A stretch of DNA of 64,000 nt from Terriglobia bacterium (GTDB taxonomy: Bacteria; Acidobacteriota; Terriglobia; Acidiferrales; UBA7541), in assembly GCA_963695545.1 (NCBI GenBank), contig OY968796.1, forward strand, positions 1,280,001 to 1,344,000, given 5' to 3'. Within the stretch, counting starts at the first letter, position 1; every line of letters starts with the position of its first letter. Made by a program: the position numbers and the translations under genes. A model generated the notes under the pieces. It did not search any database, had not been told where the DNA came from, and was given only the letters and a program-made list of their open reading frames with translations. This document shows positions 49,363 to 59,271 of the stretch, piece after piece.

Positions 49363-50913
49363 CTACTGATTGGCGGGAGCCGCCGGGGTGGCGGCAGGCG
49401 CGGCAGCCTGCGAGGCAGAGCGTCCGGCGCGCACATCTTGTTCAGTCGGCAATTGCGAGGCGTCCCATCCGCCGCCGAGCGCTTCGATCAGCTGAACGCT
49501 GTCGGTCATTTGCTCCATGCGAAGATCGAGCGCCGTGCGTTCGTTACCGAGCAGCGTGGTCTGCGCGGTGATTACGTTGAGATAGGGATCGACGCCGACT
49601 TTGTAGCGGTCCGTCGCCAGCGCCAGATTCGCGCGCGCTGAATCGACCGCGGCGTCTTCCTTCTGCAATTCGCCGACGAGAATGCGCAGCGCGGCGAGAT
49701 TGTCTTCGACCTGCACGAAACCCGAGAGCACCGTCTGCCGATAGACCGCGATCGTCTGGTCGTAGGAAGCCTGCGCCTGTTGCAGGGCTCCTCTTCGGGC
49801 CCCGGCGTCGAACAGAGTTTCGGCGAGCCCGGGACCGATCGACCAGAAGCGGCTGGGCCATGTGAACCAAGTCGCGGCAGACACGCTTTCAAATCCGCCG
49901 GCCGCGCTGAGCGTCACCGTTGGGTAATACGCGGCCTTGGCCACGCCGATTTCGGCGTTGGCTTGGGCCATGCTGCGCTCGGCCGCGGCGACGTCCGGAC
50001 GGCGCTCGAGAAGTTCCGACGGCATTGCGGCGGGAATTGCCGGCGGACTTGCCTCAAGCACTTGCGCCGGCAATGAAAATTCGGCGGGCGGCTTGCCCAC
50101 CAGCAGCGCGATGGCGTGTTCGTACTGAGCGCGCAGAATACCGATGTCCGCGGCTTGCGCTTGCACGGTCTCCAGTTGCGTTTCGGCTTGCTTCACGTCC
50201 TCGTTCGAGCTGAGGCCGGCGTCGAAACGTTCCTTCTCAATGTCGTACGAATCCTGGTAGGCCTTCACGGTATCGTTAAGAAGCGCCTGCTGCGCGTCTT
50301 GCGTGCGGATCGAGAAGTAATCCACGGCGACTTCCGCTTGCGCCGTCAGGCGGACACTTTCCAGGTCAGCAGCGGAGGCTTGAAAGGCAAACACGCTGGC
50401 CTTCACGCCGTTCCGGATGCGCCCCCATAGATCCAAAGTCCACGAGGCATCGAACGGCAACTCATATTCGGCGAATGTACCGCTCTCGAAAAGATTGCTG
50501 GAGCTGCTGGTTCCCCCGCTACCGGAACTGCTTGGCGCGCCAACCACGAAGGGTTGGTGCGTGTAGGTGATCGAAGGTTGCGTGGCCGCGCTCGGAAATA
50601 ATTGCGCTCGCGCCTGCTTCACCAGGGCGCGCGCGGAAAGAAAATTCGCGGCGGCCGCGGCGATGTTCTGGTTCGAGACGTTCACCTGCTCCTCGAGCGC
50701 GTTCAATTGCGGATCGCCGAAAGTTTCCCACCATTTGCCGCGCGCCGCCGCGTCCTGCGGCTGCGCAACTTTCCAGTCTCCCGCTTCCTTGTAAGCCGGC
50801 GGAGTTTCGACCGGCGCTTTCTGATATTTCGGGCCGACGTTGCAGCCGCTCAGGCAGACAAACGCGCAAGCGATGGAAATAGCGCGCGCGGATGATCGCC
50901 GAGTTGAATTCAT
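49363..50913 (-). CDS. RND efflux outer-membrane factor lipoprotein (NodT family)
   Basis: Lipobox LSGC, PSELLERRPDV and EALGGGW motifs. Confidence 0.93.
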   Translation of the reverse strand: MNSTRRSSARAISIACAFVCLSGCNVGPKYQKAPVETPPAYKEAGDWKVAQPQDAAARGKWWETFGDPQLNALEEQVNVSNQNIAAAAANFLSARALVKQARAQLFPSAATQPSITYTHQPFVVGAPSSSGSGGTSSSSNLFESGTFAEYELPFDASWTLDLWGRIRNGVKASVFAFQASAADLESVRLTAQAEVAVDYFSIRTQDAQQALLNDTVKAYQDSYDIEKERFDAGLSSNEDVKQAETQLETVQAQAADIGILRAQYEHAIALLVGKPPAEFSLPAQVLEASPPAIPAAMPSELLERRPDVAAAERSMAQANAEIGVAKAAYYPTVTLSAAGGFESVSAATWFTWPSRFWSIGPGLAETLFDAGARRGALQQAQASYDQTIAVYRQTVLSGFVQVEDNLAALRILVGELQKEDAAVDSARANLALATDRYKVGVDPYLNVITAQTTLLGNERTALDLRMEQMTDSVQLIEALGGGWDASQLPTEQDVRAGRSASQAAAPAATPAAPANQ

Positions 50914-50917
50914 GGCC

Positions 50918-53900
50918 CTAATCATTGGAGCCGTGCCCACCGGCAAGGCCAGGCTCTTGCGCGGGTTGCGAAGCACGAACGCGGGTCGAGCGGAAGAAAT
51001 TCGTGCGGTCCAGCACCTTCTCTTGAAATTCTTCGAGGTACAGATAAATGGCCGGCGTCACGTAGAGCGTGATGAACTGGGAAACGATCAATCCCCCGGC
51101 GACCACAAGGCCGAGCGGGCGGCGCGAAGCGCCGTCGGCGCCGAAGCCCGCCGCGATCGGAGCTACGCCCATGAGCGCCGCGAGCGTGGTCATCATGATG
51201 GGCCGGAATCGTTCCATGCTGGCTTCGTGAATCGCCTGATCGTCGGCGATGCCCTGCGCCACGCGCTGCTGCGCGAAGTCCACGATCAGGATTCCGTTTT
51301 TCTTCACGATGCCCATGAGCATGAACATGCCGATGAAGGCGTAGAGCGACGCTTCGGCGTTGAAAATCCACAGCGTCAGTAAGCCGCCGACCAGCGCCAC
51401 CGGCAGCGACGACAGCACCGTGATCGGATGCAAGTAATTCTCATAGAGAATCGCCAGAATTACGTACATCACGAACACGGCCAGGAACATCAGGATCGTC
51501 AGGTCGCGCACGGTATTCTGAAACGTCAGCGCCTCGCCTTGCAGCGAGCCGCGCACGCCTGGGGGCAAGGTCTGCTTGGCGGTATCCTCGACGTACTGCG
51601 TGGCTTGGCCGATGGTGTATCCGGGCTTCAAATTGAAAAATAGAGTTACCGCCGGAAACTGATCGATGTGATTTACGGCTTGCGGGCCCAGCGAAGTGTG
51701 CCAGGAGGTCACGGCGCTCAGCGGAATCAAGCGCTGCCCGTCGTCGCTTTTGATGTAGAGCAGTTGCAGATTCTGCGGGTCGGAGCGGCCGTTGTCCTCG
51801 ACTTCCACGATCACCTGATATTGGTTGGTGGGCTTCTTGATCAGGTAAACGTAGTTTTGCGAGTAGGCCTCGTGGATCAGGTTGAGGATTCGCGTCTCGG
51901 AAACACCATACTCTTTAGCCTGCTCGCGCAGCACATCCACCTGCAAATTTGGCGTATGGTCGAACAGATCGGAATTGACGAATAGAAATCCCGGGTACTG
52001 CATCATCTTTTGCTCGAATTGGCCGGCCACAGCGTACAACTGGTCCTGATCGAATCCCGAAAGTGCGTAGGCGAATTGCCCCTGCGTGTTGGCGGTTGCG
52101 CCGGTGGAGATTTCAAGCACTGGGTTCGGCTGGAGGAAGGTGATCACGCCGGGCACGCTCATTGCCACCTGCCCCATGAGCTGCCCAGCCACCACGTCGA
52201 TCGGCGGACGCTGGCCCGGGGGTTTTAGCAGGGCAAAAACGAAGCCTTGGTTCGACGCGAGAAATCCGGTGGCGCCGCTTACCGAGACGCTCATCTGCAC
52301 GGCGGGATTCGACTCCAGCGCGTGGTCCACTTGTGCCTGATAGGCGTGCATTTGGTCGGGCGAGGAACCTTCCTGCGCGATCATCACGCCGCGGACAAAC
52401 GAGCTGTCTCCGACCGGAAGAAACGATTTGGGGACGACGTCGAACAGATACACGGTGCCGGCCAGGCAGATCACCCAGATCAGCGCGGATATCCAGCGAT
52501 TGCGAAGGAAAAACCACAGCGTACGCCCGTAGAAATCGAGCACGCGGTGTTCGATGCGTCCGCTGGTGCGCTCCATCCAGGTTTTCTTGGCTCCCTCGCC
52601 GCGCGCCGCCAGCAGGCGCGAGCACATCAGCGGCGTGAGCGTCAGCGACACCAGGCCGCTGGCGAAGATCGAAACGATGATGGTGATGGAGAACTCGCGA
52701 AAGATGCGGCCCACCAGGCCCGACATGAACGCCAGCGGAAGGAACACAGCGGCGAGCGAAATGGTCATGGCCACGATCGTGAAGCTGATTTCCTTGGCGG
52801 ATGCGATCGTAGCGTCGAGCGCGCTCAGGCCGGTCTCCATCAGCCGCACGGTGTTCTCCAAAAACACGATGGCGTCGTCCACCAGAAATCCGATCGCCAG
52901 CGTCAGCGCCATCAACGAAAGATTGTCGAGGCTGTAGCCCAGAATCTCCATGACCACGAACGTCAGCAAAATCGAGAGCGGGAGCGCGACCGCCGGAATC
53001 AGCGTGTCCCGAACGCGGCCCAAGAACGCGAAAATCACCAGCACGACCAGAACGAATGCCAGGGCCAGCGTGTTCTCGACGTCCTGAACGCTGTGGACGA
53101 TGGTCAGCGAGCGATCGTAGATGGGCACGATTTCGACCGAGCTCGGCAGTTGCGCCTGAACTCCGGGCAGGAGCGCGCGTACAGCCTTGGAGACTTCCAC
53201 CGCGTTCGAGCCTGCCCGGCGATACACGGCGACGACCACGGTCGCGGAAGGCACGCGCAGGCCGCGCGCCCAAAAATGCAAGTTGATGCGCTCGTCCACC
53301 ACGCTTTCCTGCGCCGACGCCACGTCCTTCAGATAAATCGGCGCGCCATTGACTTGGCCGACGATCAGCTGGTTGTACTGGCTCGCTTCGGTCAGCTGGC
53401 CCTGCGTCTCGAGCAAAAACGTCTGGTGCGCGCCGTCGAATTGCCCGGCTCCGGTGTAGCTTGTGCCGCCGCGCACGGCGCCGACCAAATCGTCCAGCGT
53501 GAGATTGCGCGCCGCCATGGCCGAAGGATCGGCCTTGATGCGTATGGCGGATTGCGCGCCGTAGACGGCGATCTGGCTCACGCCGGGCAAAATGCTGATG
53601 CGTTCGCCGACTTGCGTGCTGGCGTAATCCCACAGTTGCCCTTCGGTCACGCTGTCGCTGCCGAGTCCGATATAAATCAGCGGCTGGTCGTTGGGATTCG
53701 TCTTCGTAAACGTCGGGGGCGCTGGCAGGTCCACGGGCAATTCCGATTCCGCCCGCGAGATCGCGGCCTGCACGTCCGTCGCGGCTGCGTCCACGTTCTT
53801 TGAAAGCGCGAATTGCAGGACGAAACTGGTGAAGCCCTGGCCACTGCTCGAAGTAACCAGTTCAAGGCCGGGAATCTGCATGAACTGCCGCTCGAGCGGT

Positions 53901-54094
53901 GTAGCCACGTTGTTGGCCATGGTTTCCGGCGTAGCGCCCGGATAGCCCACGCTGACTTGAATGACGGGATAGTCCACGGCAGGGAGGTCGTTCACCGGCA
54001 GGCCTAAATACGCCAGCACGCCAAACAGAATGATCGATGCGGTCAGAACGACCGTCATCACCGGGCGGCGAATAAATGGTTCGGAGAAATTCAA
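50918..54094 (-). CDS. RND efflux permease (MdtB/MdtC-like)
   Basis: FIRRPV, GFLVDDAIV, GIVKKNGI and RFRPIMMTT motifs. Confidence 0.95.
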   Translation of the reverse strand: MNFSEPFIRRPVMTVVLTASIILFGVLAYLGLPVNDLPAVDYPVIQVSVGYPGATPETMANNVATPLERQFMQIPGLELVTSSSGQGFTSFVLQFALSKNVDAAATDVQAAISRAESELPVDLPAPPTFTKTNPNDQPLIYIGLGSDSVTEGQLWDYASTQVGERISILPGVSQIAVYGAQSAIRIKADPSAMAARNLTLDDLVGAVRGGTSYTGAGQFDGAHQTFLLETQGQLTEASQYNQLIVGQVNGAPIYLKDVASAQESVVDERINLHFWARGLRVPSATVVVAVYRRAGSNAVEVSKAVRALLPGVQAQLPSSVEIVPIYDRSLTIVHSVQDVENTLALAFVLVVLVIFAFLGRVRDTLIPAVALPLSILLTFVVMEILGYSLDNLSLMALTLAIGFLVDDAIVFLENTVRLMETGLSALDATIASAKEISFTIVAMTISLAAVFLPLAFMSGLVGRIFREFSITIIVSIFASGLVSLTLTPLMCSRLLAARGEGAKKTWMERTSGRIEHRVLDFYGRTLWFFLRNRWISALIWVICLAGTVYLFDVVPKSFLPVGDSSFVRGVMIAQEGSSPDQMHAYQAQVDHALESNPAVQMSVSVSGATGFLASNQGFVFALLKPPGQRPPIDVVAGQLMGQVAMSVPGVITFLQPNPVLEISTGATANTQGQFAYALSGFDQDQLYAVAGQFEQKMMQYPGFLFVNSDLFDHTPNLQVDVLREQAKEYGVSETRILNLIHEAYSQNYVYLIKKPTNQYQVIVEVEDNGRSDPQNLQLLYIKSDDGQRLIPLSAVTSWHTSLGPQAVNHIDQFPAVTLFFNLKPGYTIGQATQYVEDTAKQTLPPGVRGSLQGEALTFQNTVRDLTILMFLAVFVMYVILAILYENYLHPITVLSSLPVALVGGLLTLWIFNAEASLYAFIGMFMLMGIVKKNGILIVDFAQQRVAQGIADDQAIHEASMERFRPIMMTTLAALMGVAPIAAGFGADGASRRPLGLVVAGGLIVSQFITLYVTPAIYLYLEEFQEKVLDRTNFFRSTRVRASQPAQEPGLAGGHGSND

Positions 54095-54111
54095 GGCTAG
54101 TGGCCTTCCAC

Positions 54112-55254
54112 CTATCCGCCGCCCGCGGCTGCTGATGTTGGGGCTGCGCCAGGCGGCGCGACGATCACTTTGCCGCCGGGGACTATTGTCAATTGCCCGG
54201 TGAGCACGACGCGCTCACCGGCCGCAACGCCGCTGGATACCACAACGTCATCGCCCTGCCGCTGGCCGAGCGTGACCGGCCGCAATTCAGCGGTGTTGTC
54301 GTCGTGAACCACGTAGACGAACGGCCCCTTCTGACTGATCTGCGTGGCCTCATTCGGAATCAGCACGGCATTCGCTTCGGTCGCCAGAACCAGCCTGACG
54401 TTCACAAACTCGCCGGGCCAAAAATGATGATCCGCATTCGCAATGGTGGCGCGCAGGTTGATCGTGCCCGTCGCGTTTTGCACTGCGTTATCGAGAAAAG
54501 TGAGCGCACCCGCGCGCGCGGTTTCTATGCTGTCCGACGGCAGCCGGACGAGCGTCTTGAGCGCACCGCGGGACATCTGCTGGCTCACGCCGGGCAAATC
54601 CTGTTCGGCGATCGTGAAATCGGCGTAGATCGGGTCGAGCCGCTGGATGGAGAGCAGCGCGGTCGTGTTGGCTTGCACGATGTTGCCCGCGTCCACCAGG
54701 CGCGCCCCGGCGCGGCCATCGATCGGCGAGCGGATCGTGCAGTAATCGAGGCTGAGCTTGGCGTTCTCCACGGCGGCCTCGGCCGCCTGCACCTGCGCCT
54801 GGCCCACTTCGACGGCGTTCTTTCTCGTCACGTAGTCCATTTGCGAAACGGCGCGGGGATCGGTCAGCGATTGGTACATTTTGAATTGCGAATCGGCCAG
54901 GTCGAGCGCGGCTTTGCTCTGCGCCAGTTGCGCGACCGCGGCATCCAGTTGCGCCTGGAAAGGCCGTGGATCGATCACGAATAGTATCTGGCCTTTTTTC
55001 AGATCGGCGCCGTCCGCAAAATCGCGCTCGGTGATCTTTCCGGCCACTTGCGGCATCAGAGTGACGGTTTCAAACGCTCCGGTTCTGCCGATTTCGTCCA
55101 GATACAGTGGCACGGTTGCCGCTTTTGCCGTGACCACCGTGACCAGCGTCGGCGGTAATTGCAGCCCGCCGCCCGCGCCCTGCTGCTTGCTGCAGCCTGC
55201 CCCGGCGAAAAGCGCGGCGGCGAATAAAATTCCAATCGAGACTCGGCTATTCAT
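54112..55254 (-). CDS. RND periplasmic adaptor subunit (MdtA-like)
   Basis: Lipobox AGC, IDPRPFQA and IRSPIDGR motifs. Confidence 0.93.
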   Translation of the reverse strand: MNSRVSIGILFAAALFAGAGCSKQQGAGGGLQLPPTLVTVVTAKAATVPLYLDEIGRTGAFETVTLMPQVAGKITERDFADGADLKKGQILFVIDPRPFQAQLDAAVAQLAQSKAALDLADSQFKMYQSLTDPRAVSQMDYVTRKNAVEVGQAQVQAAEAAVENAKLSLDYCTIRSPIDGRAGARLVDAGNIVQANTTALLSIQRLDPIYADFTIAEQDLPGVSQQMSRGALKTLVRLPSDSIETARAGALTFLDNAVQNATGTINLRATIANADHHFWPGEFVNVRLVLATEANAVLIPNEATQISQKGPFVYVVHDDNTAELRPVTLGQRQGDDVVVSSGVAAGERVVLTGQLTIVPGGKVIVAPPGAAPTSAAAGGG

Positions 55255-55412
55255 TCTCACGATTTCTCCGGTGCCACGGATCCGCTGCCCTCGTAAGACC
55301 TTTTGGATGATTCGATCGCGCGACTTGATTCAGCCATTAGCCCTGGACTTCCTGAACTGCACGGACCGCGCTGCGTGGATGGTCGATTGACGGTCTCCGA
55401 CGCGGCGCCGCT

Positions 55413-57470
55413 CTACCAGATGCGACAACGTTCCGTTTCGGGGCGCGCCATTACGTCGCCCGCTTGGCATCCATAGGCAGATGCGAATTCCGAAAGGTTC
55501 GACATCGGTCCGTTGACGCGGAAACGCGCCAACGGATGTGGATCGGTGTTGGTCTGAAGTCGCTCGACTTCCGGCCGATCATTCTCCGCCCAGATGCGCG
55601 CCCATGCCAGATAGAATCGCTGGTCGGGCGTCAGGCCGTCAATCGGAACCGTGGGCTTTCCAGCTTCGGCGGTCTCGAAGGCCATATGAGAAATCGTCAG
55701 GCCTCCCAAGTCGGCGATGCTTTCTCCTTCGACCAGCTTGCCGTTTTCGTGCAGGTCGCCTTGTACAACGTAGGCGTCAAATTGCTTGGCGATGCAATCG
55801 GCGCGCGCCTCGAAGCTCTTGTGATCTTCCGGCGTCCACCAGTCACGTAGGTTTCCCTGCGCGTCGAATTGGCTGCCTTCGTCGTCGAAACCATGGGTCA
55901 TTTCGTGCCCAATAACGGCGCCCATGCCACCGTAATTGAGCGCGTCGTCCGCTTTGGGATCGAAGAACGGAGGCTGCAATATGCCCGCGGGAAAAACGAT
56001 CTCGTTCATCGTCGGATTGTAATAGGCGTCGACGGCCGGCGGCGTCATGCCCCATTCGGTCCGATCAACAGGCTTGCCGATCTGCGCCATCTCTCGCCGG
56101 AACTCGAACGTCTCGCCGCGAAACGCGTTTTCGGCGTAGGAACCGCGCGTGACTTCGTAGGTCGAATAGTCGCGCCATTTGTCGGGATAGCCGATCTTCA
56201 GCGCCATCGCGTCGAGTTTCGCTTCGGCCTGTTTGCGCGTCTCCGGCCCCATCCACGCGAGAGTCTCCATGTCCGCGCGCAGCGCGGCCATCAGGTTGTG
56301 CACCATTTGTAGCGCCGCAACTTTGGCCTGCGGCGGAAACGCCTTTTCGACGTATTTCTGGCCCAGCGCCTCGCCCAAATCGTGATCGGTTGCGGTGACG
56401 CATCGTTTCCAACGCGGCTGAATCTCGGTGGTGCCTTCGAGCGTCCGGTCGTAAAAATCGAAATTCTCTTTCACGAATTTTGAAGATAACAAAGAAGCGG
56501 CGCCGCGAACCAGCTGCCAGCGCAAGTACGTCTTCCAGTCGGCGAGCGGCACCGATTGGAACATCTGGTCGAGCCGCTGGAAGAACTTCGGTTGTTCGAG
56601 ATTGATGGCCGCGATATTGGGGAAGCCAACTTCGCGAAAATAGTCTGCCCAAACGAAATGTGCGGTCAGAGCCTGCAGTTCCGCCGGCGTCATGCGATGG
56701 TAGTTCGCCGCGGGATCGCGCAACTCGACGGAGGTCGAGGAAGCCTCCGCCAGCTGAGTTTCGATGGTCATCACGGTCTTGGCTTCGGCCGCCGCCGCAT
56801 CCGGGGCGTCGCCGAGCAAAACAAACATGCGCGCAACGTGCGCGACGTATTGGTCGCGCAATTTCTTGGACGCATCATCCGGCCGAAAGTAATAATCGCG
56901 ATCGGGCATCCCCAGACCGCCTTGCTCGGCATCGCCGATCATCCGCGTGCTGTCTTTAAAATCCGGCTCGGATCCAAACCCGAACATCGCGTCCACGCCG
57001 ATGGTTTGCAACCGCGTCGCCTCGGCTTCCAGGTCCTGCTCGCTTGCGATCCTGGAGATGCGGTCCAGCTCAGGCTGAAGCGGCGTGGCTCCGGCGGCCT
57101 CGATGCGCGCTTGGTCCATGCAGCTTCCGTAGAAATCGCCGATTTTCTGTTCGATTGAACCGGGCGCGGCGTGCCGGTCTTGGGCGGCGTGCTCAAGGAT
57201 CTGGCGCAGAACTTGCTGGTTCCTGTCGCCCAGCAGGTTGAACTGCCCCCAAGACGAATAGGCAGGCGGAATGGGATTGTGCGCACGCCAGCCGCCGGTC
57301 GCGTACTGATAGAAGTCGGCGCAAGGCTTGCAGGTCGTGTCCAGATCAGACATGTCGAATCCACGGCTCATCGTGCCGCTCGAGCGGACCGCTAGTCCCG
57401 CCACAGCGCTGCCCAAGAAGACCCACGCGACTGCATAGAATGCGACGGCCAGAGGCCGCTGGGAACGCAT
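55413..57470 (-). CDS. M13 family metallopeptidase (neprilysin/ECE-like)
   Basis: PCADFYQYA, DAYYNP, GHEMTHGFD and GESIADLGG motifs. Confidence 0.95.
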   Translation of the reverse strand: MRSQRPLAVAFYAVAWVFLGSAVAGLAVRSSGTMSRGFDMSDLDTTCKPCADFYQYATGGWRAHNPIPPAYSSWGQFNLLGDRNQQVLRQILEHAAQDRHAAPGSIEQKIGDFYGSCMDQARIEAAGATPLQPELDRISRIASEQDLEAEATRLQTIGVDAMFGFGSEPDFKDSTRMIGDAEQGGLGMPDRDYYFRPDDASKKLRDQYVAHVARMFVLLGDAPDAAAAEAKTVMTIETQLAEASSTSVELRDPAANYHRMTPAELQALTAHFVWADYFREVGFPNIAAINLEQPKFFQRLDQMFQSVPLADWKTYLRWQLVRGAASLLSSKFVKENFDFYDRTLEGTTEIQPRWKRCVTATDHDLGEALGQKYVEKAFPPQAKVAALQMVHNLMAALRADMETLAWMGPETRKQAEAKLDAMALKIGYPDKWRDYSTYEVTRGSYAENAFRGETFEFRREMAQIGKPVDRTEWGMTPPAVDAYYNPTMNEIVFPAGILQPPFFDPKADDALNYGGMGAVIGHEMTHGFDDEGSQFDAQGNLRDWWTPEDHKSFEARADCIAKQFDAYVVQGDLHENGKLVEGESIADLGGLTISHMAFETAEAGKPTVPIDGLTPDQRFYLAWARIWAENDRPEVERLQTNTDPHPLARFRVNGPMSNLSEFASAYGCQAGDVMARPETERCRIW

Positions 57471-57582
57471 GTGCAAGGGCTCCTGTGGAGTGAGGAATTT
57501 ACCCGGACCGCCCAGCATACCGGCGCGCTTCGCCGCCTGTCAAACAACGCCGGAAACGGGTAGTGGGCTGTTTTGAATCGAT

Positions 57583-57786
57583 TCACTTGAGGGTCGTACA
57601 ATTCGGAAAATCACCCAAAGGTTCTGATTTTGGGAGAAGTGCGCAAATTTGCCCTGTTTTAGTATCCAGCGCCGTGAGGTTTGCCGCATTGTAAATCACA
57701 AATCGCTGTGCTCCTGACGTTCGTAATGACAGCCAAAGAGCTATGCAGGCGATTGTCAAAGCCACCCAAGATACAATTCTTTGCAT
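57583..57786 (-). CDS. Small hypothetical membrane-anchored protein (IS cargo)
   Basis: GGGGG SD-like sequence, N-terminal TM, LDTKTGQIC segment. Confidence 0.55.
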   Translation of the reverse strand: MQRIVSWVALTIACIALWLSLRTSGAQRFVIYNAANLTALDTKTGQICALLPKSEPLGDFPNCTTLK

Positions 57787-57830
57787 TGTTTCCCCCTGCG
57801 GATGATCGTCGTTTGTGGCATAATCCTATC

Positions 57831-58094
57831 ATGCATGGCCGTTCAAGCAAGAGAGATACAGCGCAAAACGCGCTCCGAATTGTTGAGGAAGCCACTGGCG
57901 GTCCCCTGAAAGAGGAACGAAAGCCGATACTGTTTCCAGTGAAGCCAAAAAAGAAAAATCCTGCCGCTGTCGCACTGGGTAAACTTGGCGGGATAAAAGG
58001 CGGGAAAGCACGGGCCGCTAAACTGTCTCCTGAGCGAAGAAAAGCAATAGCCCAACGTGCCGCGCAAGCACGCTGGGCTAAAGGTGAGAGTTAA
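57831..58094 (+). CDS. Small basic protein (KNPAAVALGKLGG..GGKARA type), putative IS regulator
   Basis: Highly basic C-terminal helices; leaderless ATG 6 nt after TGgCATAAT. Confidence 0.75.
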   Translation: MHGRSSKRDTAQNALRIVEEATGGPLKEERKPILFPVKPKKKNPAAVALGKLGGIKGGKARAAKLSPERRKAIAQRAAQARWAKGES

Positions 58095-58274
58095 TCGGTA
58101 AATCGGTGTTGTTGTTCCACCACGCCCCAAGTCATTTCGTCCGGCCAAAGGCTAGATGACTTGGGGCTTCGTGTTTTCGCTCCTCGGCACGGTGGGTGCG
58201 TGGCCGTGAGCTATCGGTATTATTTTTCGCATCTTTGACCTCGCGTTCGAACGCCCGTTCTGCCAGCGAGCGTT

Positions 58275-59096
58275 TTACTTAGCAGAATTTTTCTCAACGA
58301 CAACCTTAAGCGATCCTCGGCTGTCGTCGGAATCTTTGTAAATCACATTGAAGATCGTAGACGCCATTTCCAGCCACTTCTTGCGATCTTCGGTTGTCCA
58401 TTCCGCTTGTGGTTCGGGTAGCTCCTTGAGTAGTCCCTCGATCAAAGGATGCCGTTTTGTCTCCGGCTGTTCGTGCTTTCGTTTTGGCTCTTTTGGCTCC
58501 TCTTCCTCCTCGTCCCGTTCCTCCAAAACCTCTGTCCTGCTGCTGGCCTTGATACTCGGAGCCACAAGGCGAGAATTGCCAAACTCAAAGAACCCGGCTT
58601 GTTTTGCGGACCTCTGAAATACTTGACGTGCTTTTTCTTTTACCTTTGGACCAACTCCCAAAGTGACCATTGCGCCCACTAGTCCAGAAGTCGGTGGCAG
58701 GGTTGCGCCCTTGAATTGCTCATAGAGCGCCTTGTAAAGCGGAACGGTTAGGAATGAATCGACTCGGGCAGCTTTTTCTTGGTCTGGATCACAAATGCGC
58801 GTACCTAGTTGTGTGAGGGTGACGGTTCCGCGATCATAGGTTAGCAATCCGTACATTTTTGCTGTCAGAGCGCGAAGCCTAAATCCACCGCCGTTCGCCG
58901 CTTGCTGGAAATGTCCAGCCAGTTGATCCCATTGGCACGATGAACCGCCGACAGTGTGTACGCCCTTGGCGAACGTCACTGCATCGTCAAGGTCAAGATA
59001 TGGAAAGCCGATTGTGGATCGTTCTCGACTCCCCTCGCTCTCTTGGGCTTCAGCAACCACTTGTGGTTCTTCTTTCAGCGCTTCCTTTGGTGACAT
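58275..59096 (-). CDS. Hypothetical protein with winged-helix-like N-terminus (IS cargo)
   Basis: AAGGAGG SD; FPYLDL...YGLL...VTLTQLG wHTH-like pattern, acidic linker, small C-terminal helical domain. Confidence 0.75.
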   Translation of the reverse strand: MSPKEALKEEPQVVAEAQESEGSRERSTIGFPYLDLDDAVTFAKGVHTVGGSSCQWDQLAGHFQQAANGGGFRLRALTAKMYGLLTYDRGTVTLTQLGTRICDPDQEKAARVDSFLTVPLYKALYEQFKGATLPPTSGLVGAMVTLGVGPKVKEKARQVFQRSAKQAGFFEFGNSRLVAPSIKASSRTEVLEERDEEEEEPKEPKRKHEQPETKRHPLIEGLLKELPEPQAEWTTEDRKKWLEMASTIFNVIYKDSDDSRGSLKVVVEKNSAK

Positions 59097-59233
59097 ATCA
59101 GAGCCTCCTTTCGGGCTAGTGACACTCTAATGCCTCCATCGGGATAAAGTCAATGCTTGTTTTCCTATTTAGGAAAGTAAAATACCAAGTTTTCCACAGC
59201 CTGTATAATAAAGGATGGATCAGCACTATTTAC

Positions 59234-59262
59234 TTGACAGCTTGCGCGCTCAAGGATACAAT
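59234..59262 (+). promoter_or_regulatory. Transposase promoter with palindromic operator in the spacer
   Basis: TTGACA-17nt-TACAAT; cttgcgcgctcaag in the spacer. Confidence 0.7.
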
Positions 59263-59271
59263 GTGCGCATT

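Noticed and set aside
49363..57470. RND operon and M13 peptidase as part of the sugar locus or of the transposon
   Set aside because: They converge on the sugar porter, have no ROK operator, lie outside the TIRs and have host-like GC
59190..59198. DnaA-box-like TTTTCCACA inside the IS
   Set aside because: A single 9-mer in AT-rich DNA; not evidence of oriC or of regulation
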